Assembly (NCBI GenBank): GCA_963808625.1
Contig: CAWEHK010000018.1
Coordinates: 140,640-204,639, forward strand
DNA from: an uncultured delta proteobacterium
GTDB taxonomy: Bacteria; Desulfobacterota; Syntrophobacteria; Syntrophobacterales; Syntrophobacteraceae
Length of the DNA stretch: 64,000 nucleotides
Reading direction: 5' to 3'
Positions 19,544 to 29,604 of this stretch are shown here, piece after piece. A program made the translations under genes and the position numbers. A model generated the notes under the pieces. That model did no database searches, was not told the DNA's origin, and saw only the letters and a program-made list of their open reading frames with translations. Position 1 is the first letter of the stretch. Every line of letters starts with the position of its first letter.

Positions 19544-20429
19544 AATATACCTCCGTTTCAGCAAGCAGTTTCTTTGCCTTTTCCTTGGCCAGCGTGTTGG
19601 AGAGGGTCAACTCCGGGACCTCATCCACAGGGGCCGCCAGGACCTCGCGCAAACTCCCTTCAAAAAGCTGACGGTCTTTTATTCCTGCGGCATAATACTG
19701 GGCAAAAAGAACCTTTGCCGCCAATACTTTGTTCCCGCTGATGGATAAAGCGCGATCGAATTGTTTTTTTGCTTCCGCCAGGCCGCCTCCGAGCACCGGG
19801 GCCCGGACCGCGAGGTAGACCCCCATGAGGAGGTGCGGACCGCCATAATCATAGGTATCATCCAGTTCGAGTATCCGGTCCAGGGTGGCACCGAAAACCG
19901 GCAAGTCCCCCACGGCTTCAACGTTGCCAAGGTTGCTGCCGATCCACCCCCCCCAAGCGCTGGCCGTCCAGAAGAGCGCCGGTACGTCCTCTTTCTTGTA
20001 TCCCTGCAGGAAAGACTTGAATTCATCAAGGTTTCCCGCGGCGGCTTTGCCAAAATCCCCCTTGTCCGAAAGGGCACGGAAACCATAGAGCTTGGCCTTC
20101 CGATAAAGAGCTTCGGCCTCTTTGGGCTGCTCATCGGCCACAAACATGGCGGCATAGGAAGTGTAGGCTCGGCACCCGGCGACGAGCAGTTCCCGGTTGC
20201 CGGGGTAAGCTTCGATCAAACCATCCACCAGCATCAGATAGGCAGGCGTGCCTTCCCTGACGATGGTCAGGTCCGTTTGCTTGGCGGCGGCCTGTGCCAC
20301 ATCCTGCAGGGTCAGGGCGACGCCGGCCACTCGAGCCGATTTGGCAGGGACACAAGCGGTCGAGGAGAGCAACAAACCTACAATGAGAGGAAAGAAGAAA
20401 CAGGGTGAAACCGGGTAAAAGCGAACCAT
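19533..20429 (-). CDS. TatT (TRAP-T, TPR-like) lipoprotein
   Basis: Lipobox-like STAC; helical protein with ALFWTA..W, ELDDTYDYGG and LSNTLAKEKA; first gene of the TRAP operon. Confidence 0.82.
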   Translation of the reverse strand: MVRFYPVSPCFFFPLIVGLLLSSTACVPAKSARVAGVALTLQDVAQAAAKQTDLTIVREGTPAYLMLVDGLIEAYPGNRELLVAGCRAYTSYAAMFVADEQPKEAEALYRKAKLYGFRALSDKGDFGKAAAGNLDEFKSFLQGYKKEDVPALFWTASAWGGWIGSNLGNVEAVGDLPVFGATLDRILELDDTYDYGGPHLLMGVYLAVRAPVLGGGLAEAKKQFDRALSISGNKVLAAKVLFAQYYAAGIKDRQLFEGSLREVLAAPVDEVPELTLSNTLAKEKAKKLLAETEVYFGG

Positions 20430-20509
20430 TTTCCCTCAGCTCATTTCACGGGGTTCACTATTGCAGATTGAGCCGCAACCGCCGACTCACGGGAAAATTC
20501 GTGGACTTA

Positions 20510-20538
20510 TTGATAGTTGGTGGACCAAGGTTTGTCAA
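20510..20538 (-). promoter_or_regulatory. Possible sigma70 promoter of the TRAP operon
   Basis: TTGACA, 17-nt spacer, TATCAA on the minus strand. Confidence 0.3.
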
Positions 20539-20610
20539 GCGAGGAAACTTCCGCACCTTACCATAGGTATGAAATCGTCTCCAAACGGCAAACCTCCGGC
20601 GCGCTTCAGA

Positions 20611-21198
20611 TCAGTCATCCTCTTCGTTCAGAGCATCACCGGTGATTGGCTCGACTTCCTTCTGTTTGATTTCAAGCCGCTTCCAGCGCCCCTTGTCATT
20701 GATGAGCTTTTCCATTTCGCGTCGCACGTCCGCCTGGGAGATCAGTTCCGACAGCAGGATGCGCTTGTAACTGATGTTCCGCAATTCGTTCTCGAGGAAT
20801 TCATCCCGCTCCTGTTTGAGCTTGAGGTTCTGCATGAAGAGTTTCTCTTCAAGGTTTTCGTTCTCAATCAGCAGACCGATGAACATGTCCGCCAACTTGC
20901 TTCTCCGCAAACCCATCATACCGATCCCGGCGGCCTTCTGGCGGTATTGATCCACTTTGCCTTCCAGAAAAGAAATGCGCCTTTGCAGTTCGCCTTTCTC
21001 TTTTTCGAGTTTTTCCTTTTCCTCGTCCCAAAAGCGCTTGAGCGCCTTCTCGATAGATAGCATTTCCTCTCGGTCGTTGACGCTTTGGGCGGCATATCTG
21101 ACCACCGTTTTGCGGTACCCGAAATAGTACCCAATCGAGAAGATGAGCAACATACAGGCTGCGACTGCGAAGATCTGGTATGCGATTGGGGGAATCAT
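20611..21198 (-). CDS. Hypothetical membrane-anchored coiled-coil protein
   Basis: N-terminal TM segment followed by an E/K/L-rich region; AGGAGG RBS. Confidence 0.75.
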   Translation of the reverse strand: MIPPIAYQIFAVAACMLLIFSIGYYFGYRKTVVRYAAQSVNDREEMLSIEKALKRFWDEEKEKLEKEKGELQRRISFLEGKVDQYRQKAAGIGMMGLRRSKLADMFIGLLIENENLEEKLFMQNLKLKQERDEFLENELRNISYKRILLSELISQADVRREMEKLINDKGRWKRLEIKQKEVEPITGDALNEEDD

Positions 21199-21465
21199 GG
21201 GAGTCTGACCTCCTTGCCTTGAGAATAGAGAAGCGAATTATCCAGCAAAGTGATGCAAAGCACACCGCAACTAATCATCCAGTGGCCACGGATGCACGCC
21301 GATGAGCACAGATCTCTCTTGTATCTTTATCCGCGTCAATCCGTACAATCTGTGGCTTTTTGCACCGGCGGTTCGGATGTAACTGTGACTGCCGCCGCGA
21401 TTGATTTTAGCACGGATTAACGGTAACGCATAATGCCTTTCCGAATCCGGTGAATAGACTCAGAG

Positions 21466-22738
21466 TCAGCTCATCCGGCCGATCTTAACCGCGCAGAGCT
21501 TACCGCACATGGAGCAGGCTTCCCGGTCCTGCGTCACCTGAAGACGCCGCTTGACCAACTCGGGATCAAGCGCCGAGGCAATCATGCCCTCCCAGTCGAG
21601 TTTCTGGCGGCATTCGGACATCCGGCGATCGGCATCCATGGCACCCGGGAGTCCCTTGGCAATGTCGGCCACGTGGCCGGCGATGCGCGCCGCCATGACC
21701 CCGGCGTAAACATCCTCGGCGTTGGGCAGGCCAAGGTGTTCGGCAGGCGTGACATAGCAGATATAGTCGGCACCGGCGGCCCCGGCGATGGCACCGCCGA
21801 TCGCGGCGACAATGTGATCGTAGCCGGCACCGATATCGGTGGGCAAAGGTCCCAGGATATAGAAGGGGGCCCCGTCACAAAGCTTCTTTTGCAGGAGGAT
21901 GTTGGATTGGATCTGAGGCAGCGGCACATGTCCGGGCCCTTCGATCATGACCTGAACGCCCCGACTGCGAGCTCGCCTGGCCAGCTCCCCCAAAATCATC
22001 AATTCCTGCAACTGCGCGCCATCGGTGGCATCACAGATGGTGCCGGGGCGGAAGCCATCGCCCAGGCTGAGCGTGACGTCGTATTTGTGGGCAATCTCGA
22101 GGAGGTCGTCAAAGTATTCGTAGAGGGGATTTTCTTTGCCATTCTTGCGCATCCAGTGCATGTGAATGGAGCCCCCCCGACTCACGCAAGGCATGATCCG
22201 TTCATAGGATTCGAGCCGCTTTACCGCCACCTGAGTGACCCCGCAGTGGACGGTAATATAATCGATCCCCTCGTTGCACTGTTTTTCGATACTCCTCAGG
22301 AGCCGGTCCCCGTCCATTTCGTCCAGACGACTGATGCCTGGCCATCATCTCGGTGGCCAGCGTGTAGATGGGAACTGCTCCCACCGTTACGGGGGAGTGT
22401 TCGAGGAAAAAGCGGCGGAATTCGGCCAGGTCTCCCCCGGTGGAAAGATCCATGATGGAGTCCGTCTTGGCATCCAGCGCCGCCTTGAGTTTCTCCGCCT
22501 CCATTTCCATGCTGCAGCATTCGCCACTCGTTCCCAGGTTGGCGTTCACCTTGGTTTTCAAACCCTGCCCGATGGCCCGGAGAATGGGAAAGGAATGGTT
22601 GCGATTCTTGGGAAGCACGGCCCACCCAGCCGCAATCAGGTCCCGCAGTTCTTCAGCGCTGACGGGCTCTCCCGCAACCGCCTGCCGCATCTCTTCGGTA
22701 ACAATGCCCGCTCGTGCAAAATCCAGTTGTGTATTCAT
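21466..22738 (-). CDS. thiC: Phosphomethylpyrimidine synthase; frameshift at ~22330
   Basis: [42 protein letters not shown] and CSMCGKLC. The upstream TPP riboswitch favours ThiC over BzaA/B/F. Confidence 0.9.
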
Positions 22739-22807
22739 GACATCCTCCAATTCAGCTCGCGCGGAGAGCTCCGGCAATGGCTGTGGTCAACGGCGTCCAA
22801 TTCCCTG

Positions 22808-22840
22808 AAAATGAAAATGGCCGTTTGGGAAAACGGCCAT
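22808..22840 (-). terminator. Intrinsic terminator in the thiC leader (riboswitch expression platform)
   Basis: ATGGCCGTTT-TCCC-AAACGGCCAT followed by TTTCATTTT. Confidence 0.75.
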
Positions 22841-22861
22841 CTGACAGCTGCCTTGTCACTT

Positions 22862-22944
22862 GCCGATTCCTCCGCCAGTATTAATCTGGATCAGGTTCCA
22901 AGGGTTTGATCTCAGCCCTCGTGACGAGAGCACCCCTTCGGCTA
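22862..22944 (-). ncRNA. TPP riboswitch
   Basis: Minus strand reads GGGGTGC...GCTGAGA..AAACCCTTGGAACCTGATCCAGATTAATACTGGCGGAGGAA. Confidence 0.92.
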
Positions 22945-23373
22945 TAGAACCTCATTAAACAAACGATACCATGATCAATGACGCCGGAATCCTACCCCAC
23001 AACGGATCAAAAAGCAATTGTTACATTTATGGCATTGCTCTCTTCGGCGGCATCACCTGCCGGGATGCCCGGCGATTTGGACGCCTGTAATACCCTCACC
23101 ATCTATTCTCAATTCATTGGGCTTCTCCTGCGCTGAGAAGGTATGTTCAGAAAAGGATTTGTGGGACCAGAAGTGCAACAGAAAGAATTACTTCACTCCC
23201 AGACTTATCTAGCCATTACCGAATAAGCATTGTAAAATTCCGTGCCTGTTTCTTGGAGACTGCTGAGTTTTGAGCGTTGAGTGCTGAGCAAAGGCTTTAA
23301 GACCCCTTTCGCTGTTCTCATCTTTCACGGGTGTTGCCCAGACATTCATCTGACTGATGCTTTTGGAGAAACG

Positions 23374-25164
23374 ATGAAAATCCAAAAAATCTTTATTGCC
23401 GTTTGTCTCCTTTTGGGAACACTCGTTTTTCCCGCCATCGAGCACGCCCATGGACAATCGCAGGCTGTTGTGGATACTGCCCCGGGTGAGCCCCTTCGTG
23501 CGCCTCAGGCCAATGTCGCCATCCCCACCCTGAAGACCCTTGCCGAATCCATCGATGATTTGAAGCAGCAGGTCCACGGCAAAGAAGAGGAACTCCAGCT
23601 CGTCAGAACCGAAAATCAAAAAGTCAGGCTTCTGAAAGAGCTTGCCGAACTGAACGGACGCGTCGAGATGCTCTCACGGGACTTCGAACAGATTGCCACG
23701 GGCGTGAATCTCGAGACCTTCAAAGCCAAACCCAAAGAACACTTCGATTGGCGCGAACAACTGCAGGACGTGCTGGGGCCCATCGTCAAAGAGTTGCAGA
23801 ACATGACCGCCCACCCCCGTGAAATCGAAAAACTGCGCGGTGACGCCGCCTATTATGAAAAGCAAATGGCCGTAGCGAAGAGCGCCCTTCAAAACGTTCA
23901 GCGACTCACCACGGAAACGCAGGACCAGGAACTCCTCCGGCAGCTGCAGAACGTGGAAAAAGAATGGAAGCAAAAGGAGCAGCAGCTTTCCAGCCAACTG
24001 GCTGTGGTCAGCTATCAGCTCAACGAGAAACTGAAAGAACAGAAACCCTTTCTGGAATCGTTCCAGAGTTTTATGAAAGGTTTCTTCAAGAGCCGGGGAA
24101 GAAATCTTCTCCTGGCCTTTGCCGCCTTCATCCTCGTGGTGGTGCTGTGCCGCTTCCTGAATCGGCTGATATACCGTTTCAGCCCCCTTCACAAATCAGG
24201 GGAAAGGACCTTTTACACACGCCTGACGGACTTACTCTATTATGTGGTTACGTTTGCCGGGGCCACCGGCGCGTCGCTCCTGGTGCTCTATCTCTCGGGC
24301 GACTGGGTGCTCCTCAGCGTCGCAGCCCTGTTTCTTCTCGGCATCTTCTGGACGGCCCGGCAAACCCTGCCGAAGTTCTGGACCGAGGCGAAATTCTTGC
24401 TCAATCTCGGCACCGTGAGAGAGGATGAGCGCGTTGTCTACCAGGGCATTCCGTGGAAGGTTCAGTCGCTAAATTTTCACACCCTGCTGATCAATCCCCA
24501 CCTGAAGGGAGGGCTGCTGCGACTCCCTCTCAAGGAACTGATGGACCTCAGGTCTCGCCCTTACGATCCGGACGAACCGTGGTTTCCCAGCCGGGAAACC
24601 GAATGGGTCATGCTCGCGGACGGGACCCTGGGGCAGGTGGTCATGCAAACCCCTGAAATGGTGGAGCTCACTCTCCCGGGGGGAAGCCGCAAAACCTATC
24701 CCACGGCGGGATTCCTGAAACAAAACCCGGACAACATCTCCGTCGGTTTTCGCCTCAGCACCACCTTCCGCCTCGACTATCAGCATCAGAGGGAAAGCAC
24801 CCGCGAGATTCCCGAAATGCTGCAGGAGGCTGTGTGGCAGGAGCTCAAGAGGGAGGCTTTCGCCAAGAAAATTCTCAACGTCAGTGTCGAGTTCAAAGAG
24901 GCCCGGCCATCCTCCCTGGATCTTGCCATACTCGTGGATGTCGGCGCCAAGGCCGGCCGCCATTACGACAGATTGACGAGGCTCATCCCGAGGATTGCGG
25001 TGGAGGCGAGCAACGAGTATGGGTGGGTGATTCCTTTTCCGCAGGTCACCCTCCACAGCGCCGCTCCCGCTGATGAAAACGAGGACGAATCCTCGCCCCG
25101 GGAGCAGGAGGCAAAGGGGAAGAGGCGATGGGCTTTCTGGAGGCCAAAAGAACCGGCTTCCTAG
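23374..25164 (+). CDS. MscS-family mechanosensitive channel-like protein with large periplasmic coiled-coil domain
   Basis: Signal peptide, coiled-coil region, three TM segments and a C-terminal IPFPQVTLH. Confidence 0.7.
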   Translation: MKIQKIFIAVCLLLGTLVFPAIEHAHGQSQAVVDTAPGEPLRAPQANVAIPTLKTLAESIDDLKQQVHGKEEELQLVRTENQKVRLLKELAELNGRVEMLSRDFEQIATGVNLETFKAKPKEHFDWREQLQDVLGPIVKELQNMTAHPREIEKLRGDAAYYEKQMAVAKSALQNVQRLTTETQDQELLRQLQNVEKEWKQKEQQLSSQLAVVSYQLNEKLKEQKPFLESFQSFMKGFFKSRGRNLLLAFAAFILVVVLCRFLNRLIYRFSPLHKSGERTFYTRLTDLLYYVVTFAGATGASLLVLYLSGDWVLLSVAALFLLGIFWTARQTLPKFWTEAKFLLNLGTVREDERVVYQGIPWKVQSLNFHTLLINPHLKGGLLRLPLKELMDLRSRPYDPDEPWFPSRETEWVMLADGTLGQVVMQTPEMVELTLPGGSRKTYPTAGFLKQNPDNISVGFRLSTTFRLDYQHQRESTREIPEMLQEAVWQELKREAFAKKILNVSVEFKEARPSSLDLAILVDVGAKAGRHYDRLTRLIPRIAVEASNEYGWVIPFPQVTLHSAAPADENEDESSPREQEAKGKRRWAFWRPKEPAS

Positions 25165-25238
25165 CCGTCGGGGGAGTGAACTGCCGGGTCATGGCGGATG
25201 GTGGTTGGCGGAGGTAAACCCGTTCCCGGGGAAATTGA

Positions 25239-26717
25239 ATGAAGATAAAATTTGGTATAATGGTTAAATTCTTCTTGTGGTATCTGGTTCTGATCTCCAT
25301 TTTCTACGGCACTATTCTGATTCTCTTCGTTCACATCCAGCATATCATGGGTATTTCTGAGAAAATCGTGAATCGGAACTACAGGATCTCCTCCGCCTCC
25401 AAAAAGATGATAGATAGCCTGCTCTGGATGGCGGAGAGCGAGAATAAATATGACCTCTTGAAAAAGGAGGACTACAAAGAGTATTTTGTCGCGGCGCAAA
25501 GGGAGTTCGAGGGAAGCCTCACCGAGATTCTCTTTCTCGAATCGCCCGAAAACGGCGCCGATGACCCTTGGAGGCAGCTTTATCGGGACTATGTGGCACA
25601 ACTCCCCGAGGTGGGAGAAGGGTCCGAGGGTGAATCCGGAAAAACGTTGTGGATCCCGGAAGCGGTGATCAACGAGTGGATCAAAACGATATCCAAAGCG
25701 CGGGCGGATAACGAACAGAGTATCGAGTCGCAAATGCGCTCTCTGAATGAACGGGGGCAGCGGGCCGTCCGGTTCGGTTTCATGGGTCTTGGTTTTTCCA
25801 TAGTGGTTGGCCTGCTGGGAAGTATTTTCCTGGCGTATTCCATGAACCGACCTCTGCGCGAGCTGCGCCGAGGCATTCGCGCCATCTCCCACGAGGGGCT
25901 GAGCGAACCGATCCGCATCCCGTCACGGGATGAATTTGGCGAATTGGCCGGGGCCTTTAACGAGATGGCGGCGCTGCTCAAGGAGGAAGAGCGCATGCGC
26001 TCGGATTTCATTTCCATGCTGAGCCACGAGATCAGAACCCCTCTTACCTCCATTAGGGAGTCAGTGAACATGATTTTAGAGGAGCTAATGGGTCCCGTCA
26101 ATCAGCGTCAACGGCGTTTCCTGGAAATTGCGGGCGGCGAAATCGAGCGGATTTCAGACCTTTTGAGCCATCTGATGCAGGTTTCTCGCATGGAGGCCGG
26201 AGCCCTGAAGATAGAGCTTCGTCCCATGGACCCTTCGGTTTTCATGTCCACCTGTATCTATCGCGTTGGTCCGGCAGCGGAGGCGAAAGGTATCATCATC
26301 CGGACCACTATCCCATCCGGGCTGCCTTTCATCATGGGAGATCCCGACAACCTCCAGCAAGTGCTTTTGAATCTTTTGGGCAATGCCATCAAGTTCGCTC
26401 CTCCCCAAAGCGAGGTGATGGTAGCGATGGCACGTGAGGCTTCAGCAGATGGTCTCAAGCTCAAGTTCTCAGTTTCGGACGACGGCCCGGGCATACCGCC
26501 CGAGGAGCAGTCGCTGGTATTCCACAAGTATTATCGAGCCCCGGGGACGCGCGATCAGGTGGACGGCGTTGGCCTGGGTCTGAGCATTTCCCGATACATC
26601 GTTGAGGCGCACGGTGGCATCATATGGGTAGAAAGTCAGGCCGGGCAGGGCAGCACTTTTGGTTTCACCCTTCCCGCCCTCACCGGCATCGATGACCCGA
26701 GGGCACCCAATGAATAA
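25239..26717 (+). CDS. HAMP sensor histidine kinase (QseE/GlrK-like)
   Basis: Two TM segments, HAMP, SHEIRTPLT, NLLGNAIKF, DDGPG, GLGLSI. Confidence 0.93.
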   Translation: MKIKFGIMVKFFLWYLVLISIFYGTILILFVHIQHIMGISEKIVNRNYRISSASKKMIDSLLWMAESENKYDLLKKEDYKEYFVAAQREFEGSLTEILFLESPENGADDPWRQLYRDYVAQLPEVGEGSEGESGKTLWIPEAVINEWIKTISKARADNEQSIESQMRSLNERGQRAVRFGFMGLGFSIVVGLLGSIFLAYSMNRPLRELRRGIRAISHEGLSEPIRIPSRDEFGELAGAFNEMAALLKEEERMRSDFISMLSHEIRTPLTSIRESVNMILEELMGPVNQRQRRFLEIAGGEIERISDLLSHLMQVSRMEAGALKIELRPMDPSVFMSTCIYRVGPAAEAKGIIIRTTIPSGLPFIMGDPDNLQQVLLNLLGNAIKFAPPQSEVMVAMAREASADGLKLKFSVSDDGPGIPPEEQSLVFHKYYRAPGTRDQVDGVGLGLSISRYIVEAHGGIIWVESQAGQGSTFGFTLPALTGIDDPRAPNE

Positions 26718-26735
26718 GGAAACTCCCCCGTCGCT

Positions 26736-27440
26736 TTGGTGCAAGGCGGTCCGGAGCTCATGCAAAGGAATAGAAAATTGATTATGGGGTGGCATATTCA
26801 CTCAGATCGCCTATACTGCTTATACCTGATGCTGATCCTCCTTGTCGGGCTGGGGCTTTCGGCATGCAACACGGTCCCGAAACCACCGCCCTCCGGGGGC
26901 AATGATGTTTACCGTGAAAGTGAACTGAAGGCCTGGGAGGAAGGAGTGCAGGCTTTCGAGGACGGTGATTACGAGAAAGCTCGGGTGGTTTTTGAGGTGC
27001 TCACCGAGAGTGCGGAAACCGAAAGCATGAGGAGCAAGGCGTTTTTTGCTCTGGCCTCGACCCGTCTGATCCTGGCTCAAACCCCCGAGGAGTTCAACGA
27101 GGCCATGTCCGTCTGGGCATGCTGGAGTCGGCAGTTGCCTGATGAGATGAGGGAGGAAGACCCGCGGATGCTCACCCCTTTCCTGCAGCGTCTCACAGCA
27201 CCCGGCGCGCCGGAGACCAACCTGACGAAGAGTCGGGCACCGGTGAAGAAGATCATCGTCTATAGTAATCCCGGAGGCTGTAAAGAGCTTCTTCAGGCCA
27301 AAGAGAAGGAATTGGAGCGGATCAGATCGAGGCTGGAAACCAGAGAGAGGGAAATAAGGCGCCTCAAGCATCAGATCGACAGCCTTGAAGCCATTCATCT
27401 GAAGTTTCAAGAACGCAAGCAGGGGGCCTCTTCGCCTTGA
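26736..27440 (+). CDS. Helical lipoprotein (QseG-like position)
   Basis: Lipobox LSAC, TPR-like helices and C-terminal coiled coil ending QIDSLEAI; lies between kinase and regulator. True start is probably downstream. Confidence 0.7.
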   Translation: MVQGGPELMQRNRKLIMGWHIHSDRLYCLYLMLILLVGLGLSACNTVPKPPPSGGNDVYRESELKAWEEGVQAFEDGDYEKARVVFEVLTESAETESMRSKAFFALASTRLILAQTPEEFNEAMSVWACWSRQLPDEMREEDPRMLTPFLQRLTAPGAPETNLTKSRAPVKKIIVYSNPGGCKELLQAKEKELERIRSRLETREREIRRLKHQIDSLEAIHLKFQERKQGASSP

Positions 27441-28849
27441 AAGATCGGAGTTCGGACCCGACGGCAAATTCCAGGCAAACCGTCCTGATCGTGGACGATG
27501 ACCATCACATCCTGGAGGTTTTGGAAGCCCGCCTTTCCTCCGCAGGACTCCGCGTGCACACCGCCATCAGCGCCCCGGAAGCTCTTGAGATCCTTAAAAC
27601 ACGCCCGGTCGACCTCCTCATCTCCGATGTTCGAATGCCGGGGATGGGAGGTATGGACCTGTTCAGCGAGGCACGCGCGATGCGGCCGGAACTGCCGGTC
27701 ATTTTTCTTACGGCCTACGGGACCATCCCGGACGCGGTAAAGGCGGTCAAGGCCGGAGTTGTGGACTATTTGACGAAACCCTTCGAAGGCCGCGAGCTCC
27801 TGCAGAAAGTCCAGGACATTCTGCGCACGCGAGCGCCTCGTCAACCCCACGAAGCTTTGCCGCCGTTGCACAAAGTCCTGACCGGAGGGAAGAGTCAGGC
27901 GATGAGAGAACTCTACGACCTGATTGAAAGGATCGCACCCAGCGACATCAATGTTCTCATTTTGGGTGAGAGCGGCGTAGGGAAAGAACGGGTGGCGCGC
28001 CTGATTCACGAGCGTGGTCCGCGGCGTCATCACCCTTTTGTCGTCGTGGATTGCGGGTCTACTCCTACGGGGCTCCTCGAAAGCGAACTCTTTGGACATG
28101 TGCGGGGGGCCTTTACTCACGCGATTCGCGACAAGAAAGGGTTGATCGAGGCGGCGGATCGCGGCACCCTGTTTCTGGATGAAATCGGAAACATCTCTGC
28201 GGAAATGCAGATGCGGCTCCTGCGCTTTCTTGAAGACCGCAAGATCCGGAGAATCGGGGACCTGCGGGAAATCCCCATAGACTGCCGGGTAATTGCCGCT
28301 ACCAATGTGGATCTGCCGGAAGAGGTCGAGGAGGGAAATTTCCGTGAGGACCTCTATTATCGGCTCCGGGTTGTCACTCTCAAAATTCCGCCCTTGCGCG
28401 AGCGAAAAGAAGACATTCCTCTCCTTGCTCAAAACTTTGTGGAAGTCTTTTGCGAGAGCCACAAGCTTCCCCTGGCGAAATTACCGCCCGAAACCGTAAA
28501 ATGGCTGGGCGATTATCCCTGGCCGGGCAATGTGAGAGAATTGAAGAACGCCCTGGAGGGCGGAGTGGTGCTCTGCCGCGACGGCAACTTGCGCCCCGGC
28601 GATCTCAATCTCCCCGGGCTTCCCGAGTGGCGGCCAAAAACCGCAGCGGCAGGCGGGAGTGATGCCTTTTCGCTTGACCAAAGTGAGCGCAACGCCATTA
28701 TTCGTGCCCTGCAACAGGCAGGATGGGTGCAAAAGGACGCGGCGGAGTTGCTCGGCATCAGCCGTCGTGCCATCCATTACAAAATCAAGAAATACGGCAT
28801 CGAACTTGCCGGCAAACGCTCGGGCGGCGATGATGCTCACAGCGATTGA
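27437..28849 (+). CDS. Sigma54-dependent response regulator (NtrC/GlrR-like)
   Basis: Receiver domain, GESGVGKE, ESELFGHVRGAFTHA, FLDEIG, WPGNVREL, Fis-type HTH. Confidence 0.95.
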   Translation: MKDRSSDPTANSRQTVLIVDDDHHILEVLEARLSSAGLRVHTAISAPEALEILKTRPVDLLISDVRMPGMGGMDLFSEARAMRPELPVIFLTAYGTIPDAVKAVKAGVVDYLTKPFEGRELLQKVQDILRTRAPRQPHEALPPLHKVLTGGKSQAMRELYDLIERIAPSDINVLILGESGVGKERVARLIHERGPRRHHPFVVVDCGSTPTGLLESELFGHVRGAFTHAIRDKKGLIEAADRGTLFLDEIGNISAEMQMRLLRFLEDRKIRRIGDLREIPIDCRVIAATNVDLPEEVEEGNFREDLYYRLRVVTLKIPPLRERKEDIPLLAQNFVEVFCESHKLPLAKLPPETVKWLGDYPWPGNVRELKNALEGGVVLCRDGNLRPGDLNLPGLPEWRPKTAAAGGSDAFSLDQSERNAIIRALQQAGWVQKDAAELLGISRRAIHYKIKKYGIELAGKRSGGDDAHSD

Positions 28850-29177
28850 AAGATCCCGGGAAAATCCTTGGCGACCTGAAAAAATACCGTCTTATTCCTC
28901 TTAAAATACATAAAATCCCCCATTTACGAACGAGTTTTATGTGAGTAGGAAATTGATCTAATATTTGTGATCTTGAGCTCCTCTGCTCCTTCTCAAAATC
29001 AATCGCATGGTCCGGCCGTTGTCATCTGAGCCTCAAATGCAAATATCCGCAGTGACAAACTCTTCGCCCGTTGACTGACAACCGGGATTCCAGCAGCATC
29101 GAGTGCAGCCATTTCCAACGGATCCCAAAGGATTATGCACTGCCCGGGCCGCCGGTGTCTGATAAGGAGGACTGACC

Positions 29178-29561
29178 ATGTTTTCGGTGCTGGTCGTTGA
29201 AAACAATGAGTTTTTCAGGAAATCCTTTGCGGGCATGCTGAAGAGCCACATACCGGCTCTGGTGATCGAGGACACGGGAGATGAAGAAGACGCCATCAAA
29301 AAGATCGCCTCACGAGTCCCTGATATCATTTTTCTCGACCTGCGCCTGCCTGGGAAAAATGGGCTTGAACTGACGAGGGAAATAAAGACCAGACACCCGG
29401 AGACGAAAATCGGCATCTTCTCAAACCTCGATCTGCCTGAATACCGGATGAGTGTTTCCAGGTGTGGCGCCGATTACTTTCTGGACAAATCTTCCCTCTG
29501 CTGCGCCGAGATTGTCGCCCTTATCGAGGGTTTGTTGGGGAGCGGAAGGACAGCCACCTGA
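29178..29561 (+). CDS. Single-domain response regulator
   Basis: VLVVEN, PDIIFLDLRLPGKNG, GADYFLDK; AGGAGG RBS. Confidence 0.88.
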   Translation: MFSVLVVENNEFFRKSFAGMLKSHIPALVIEDTGDEEDAIKKIASRVPDIIFLDLRLPGKNGLELTREIKTRHPETKIGIFSNLDLPEYRMSVSRCGADYFLDKSSLCCAEIVALIEGLLGSGRTAT

Positions 29562-29604
29562 ATCACCAAGTCAAAGATTACAGGTAAGGTTCCCCGGAGA
29601 CCCT

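Noticed and set aside
21466..22738. BzaA/B/F (B12 lower-ligand synthesis) instead of ThiC
   Set aside because: The upstream riboswitch is TPP-type, not cobalamin-type.
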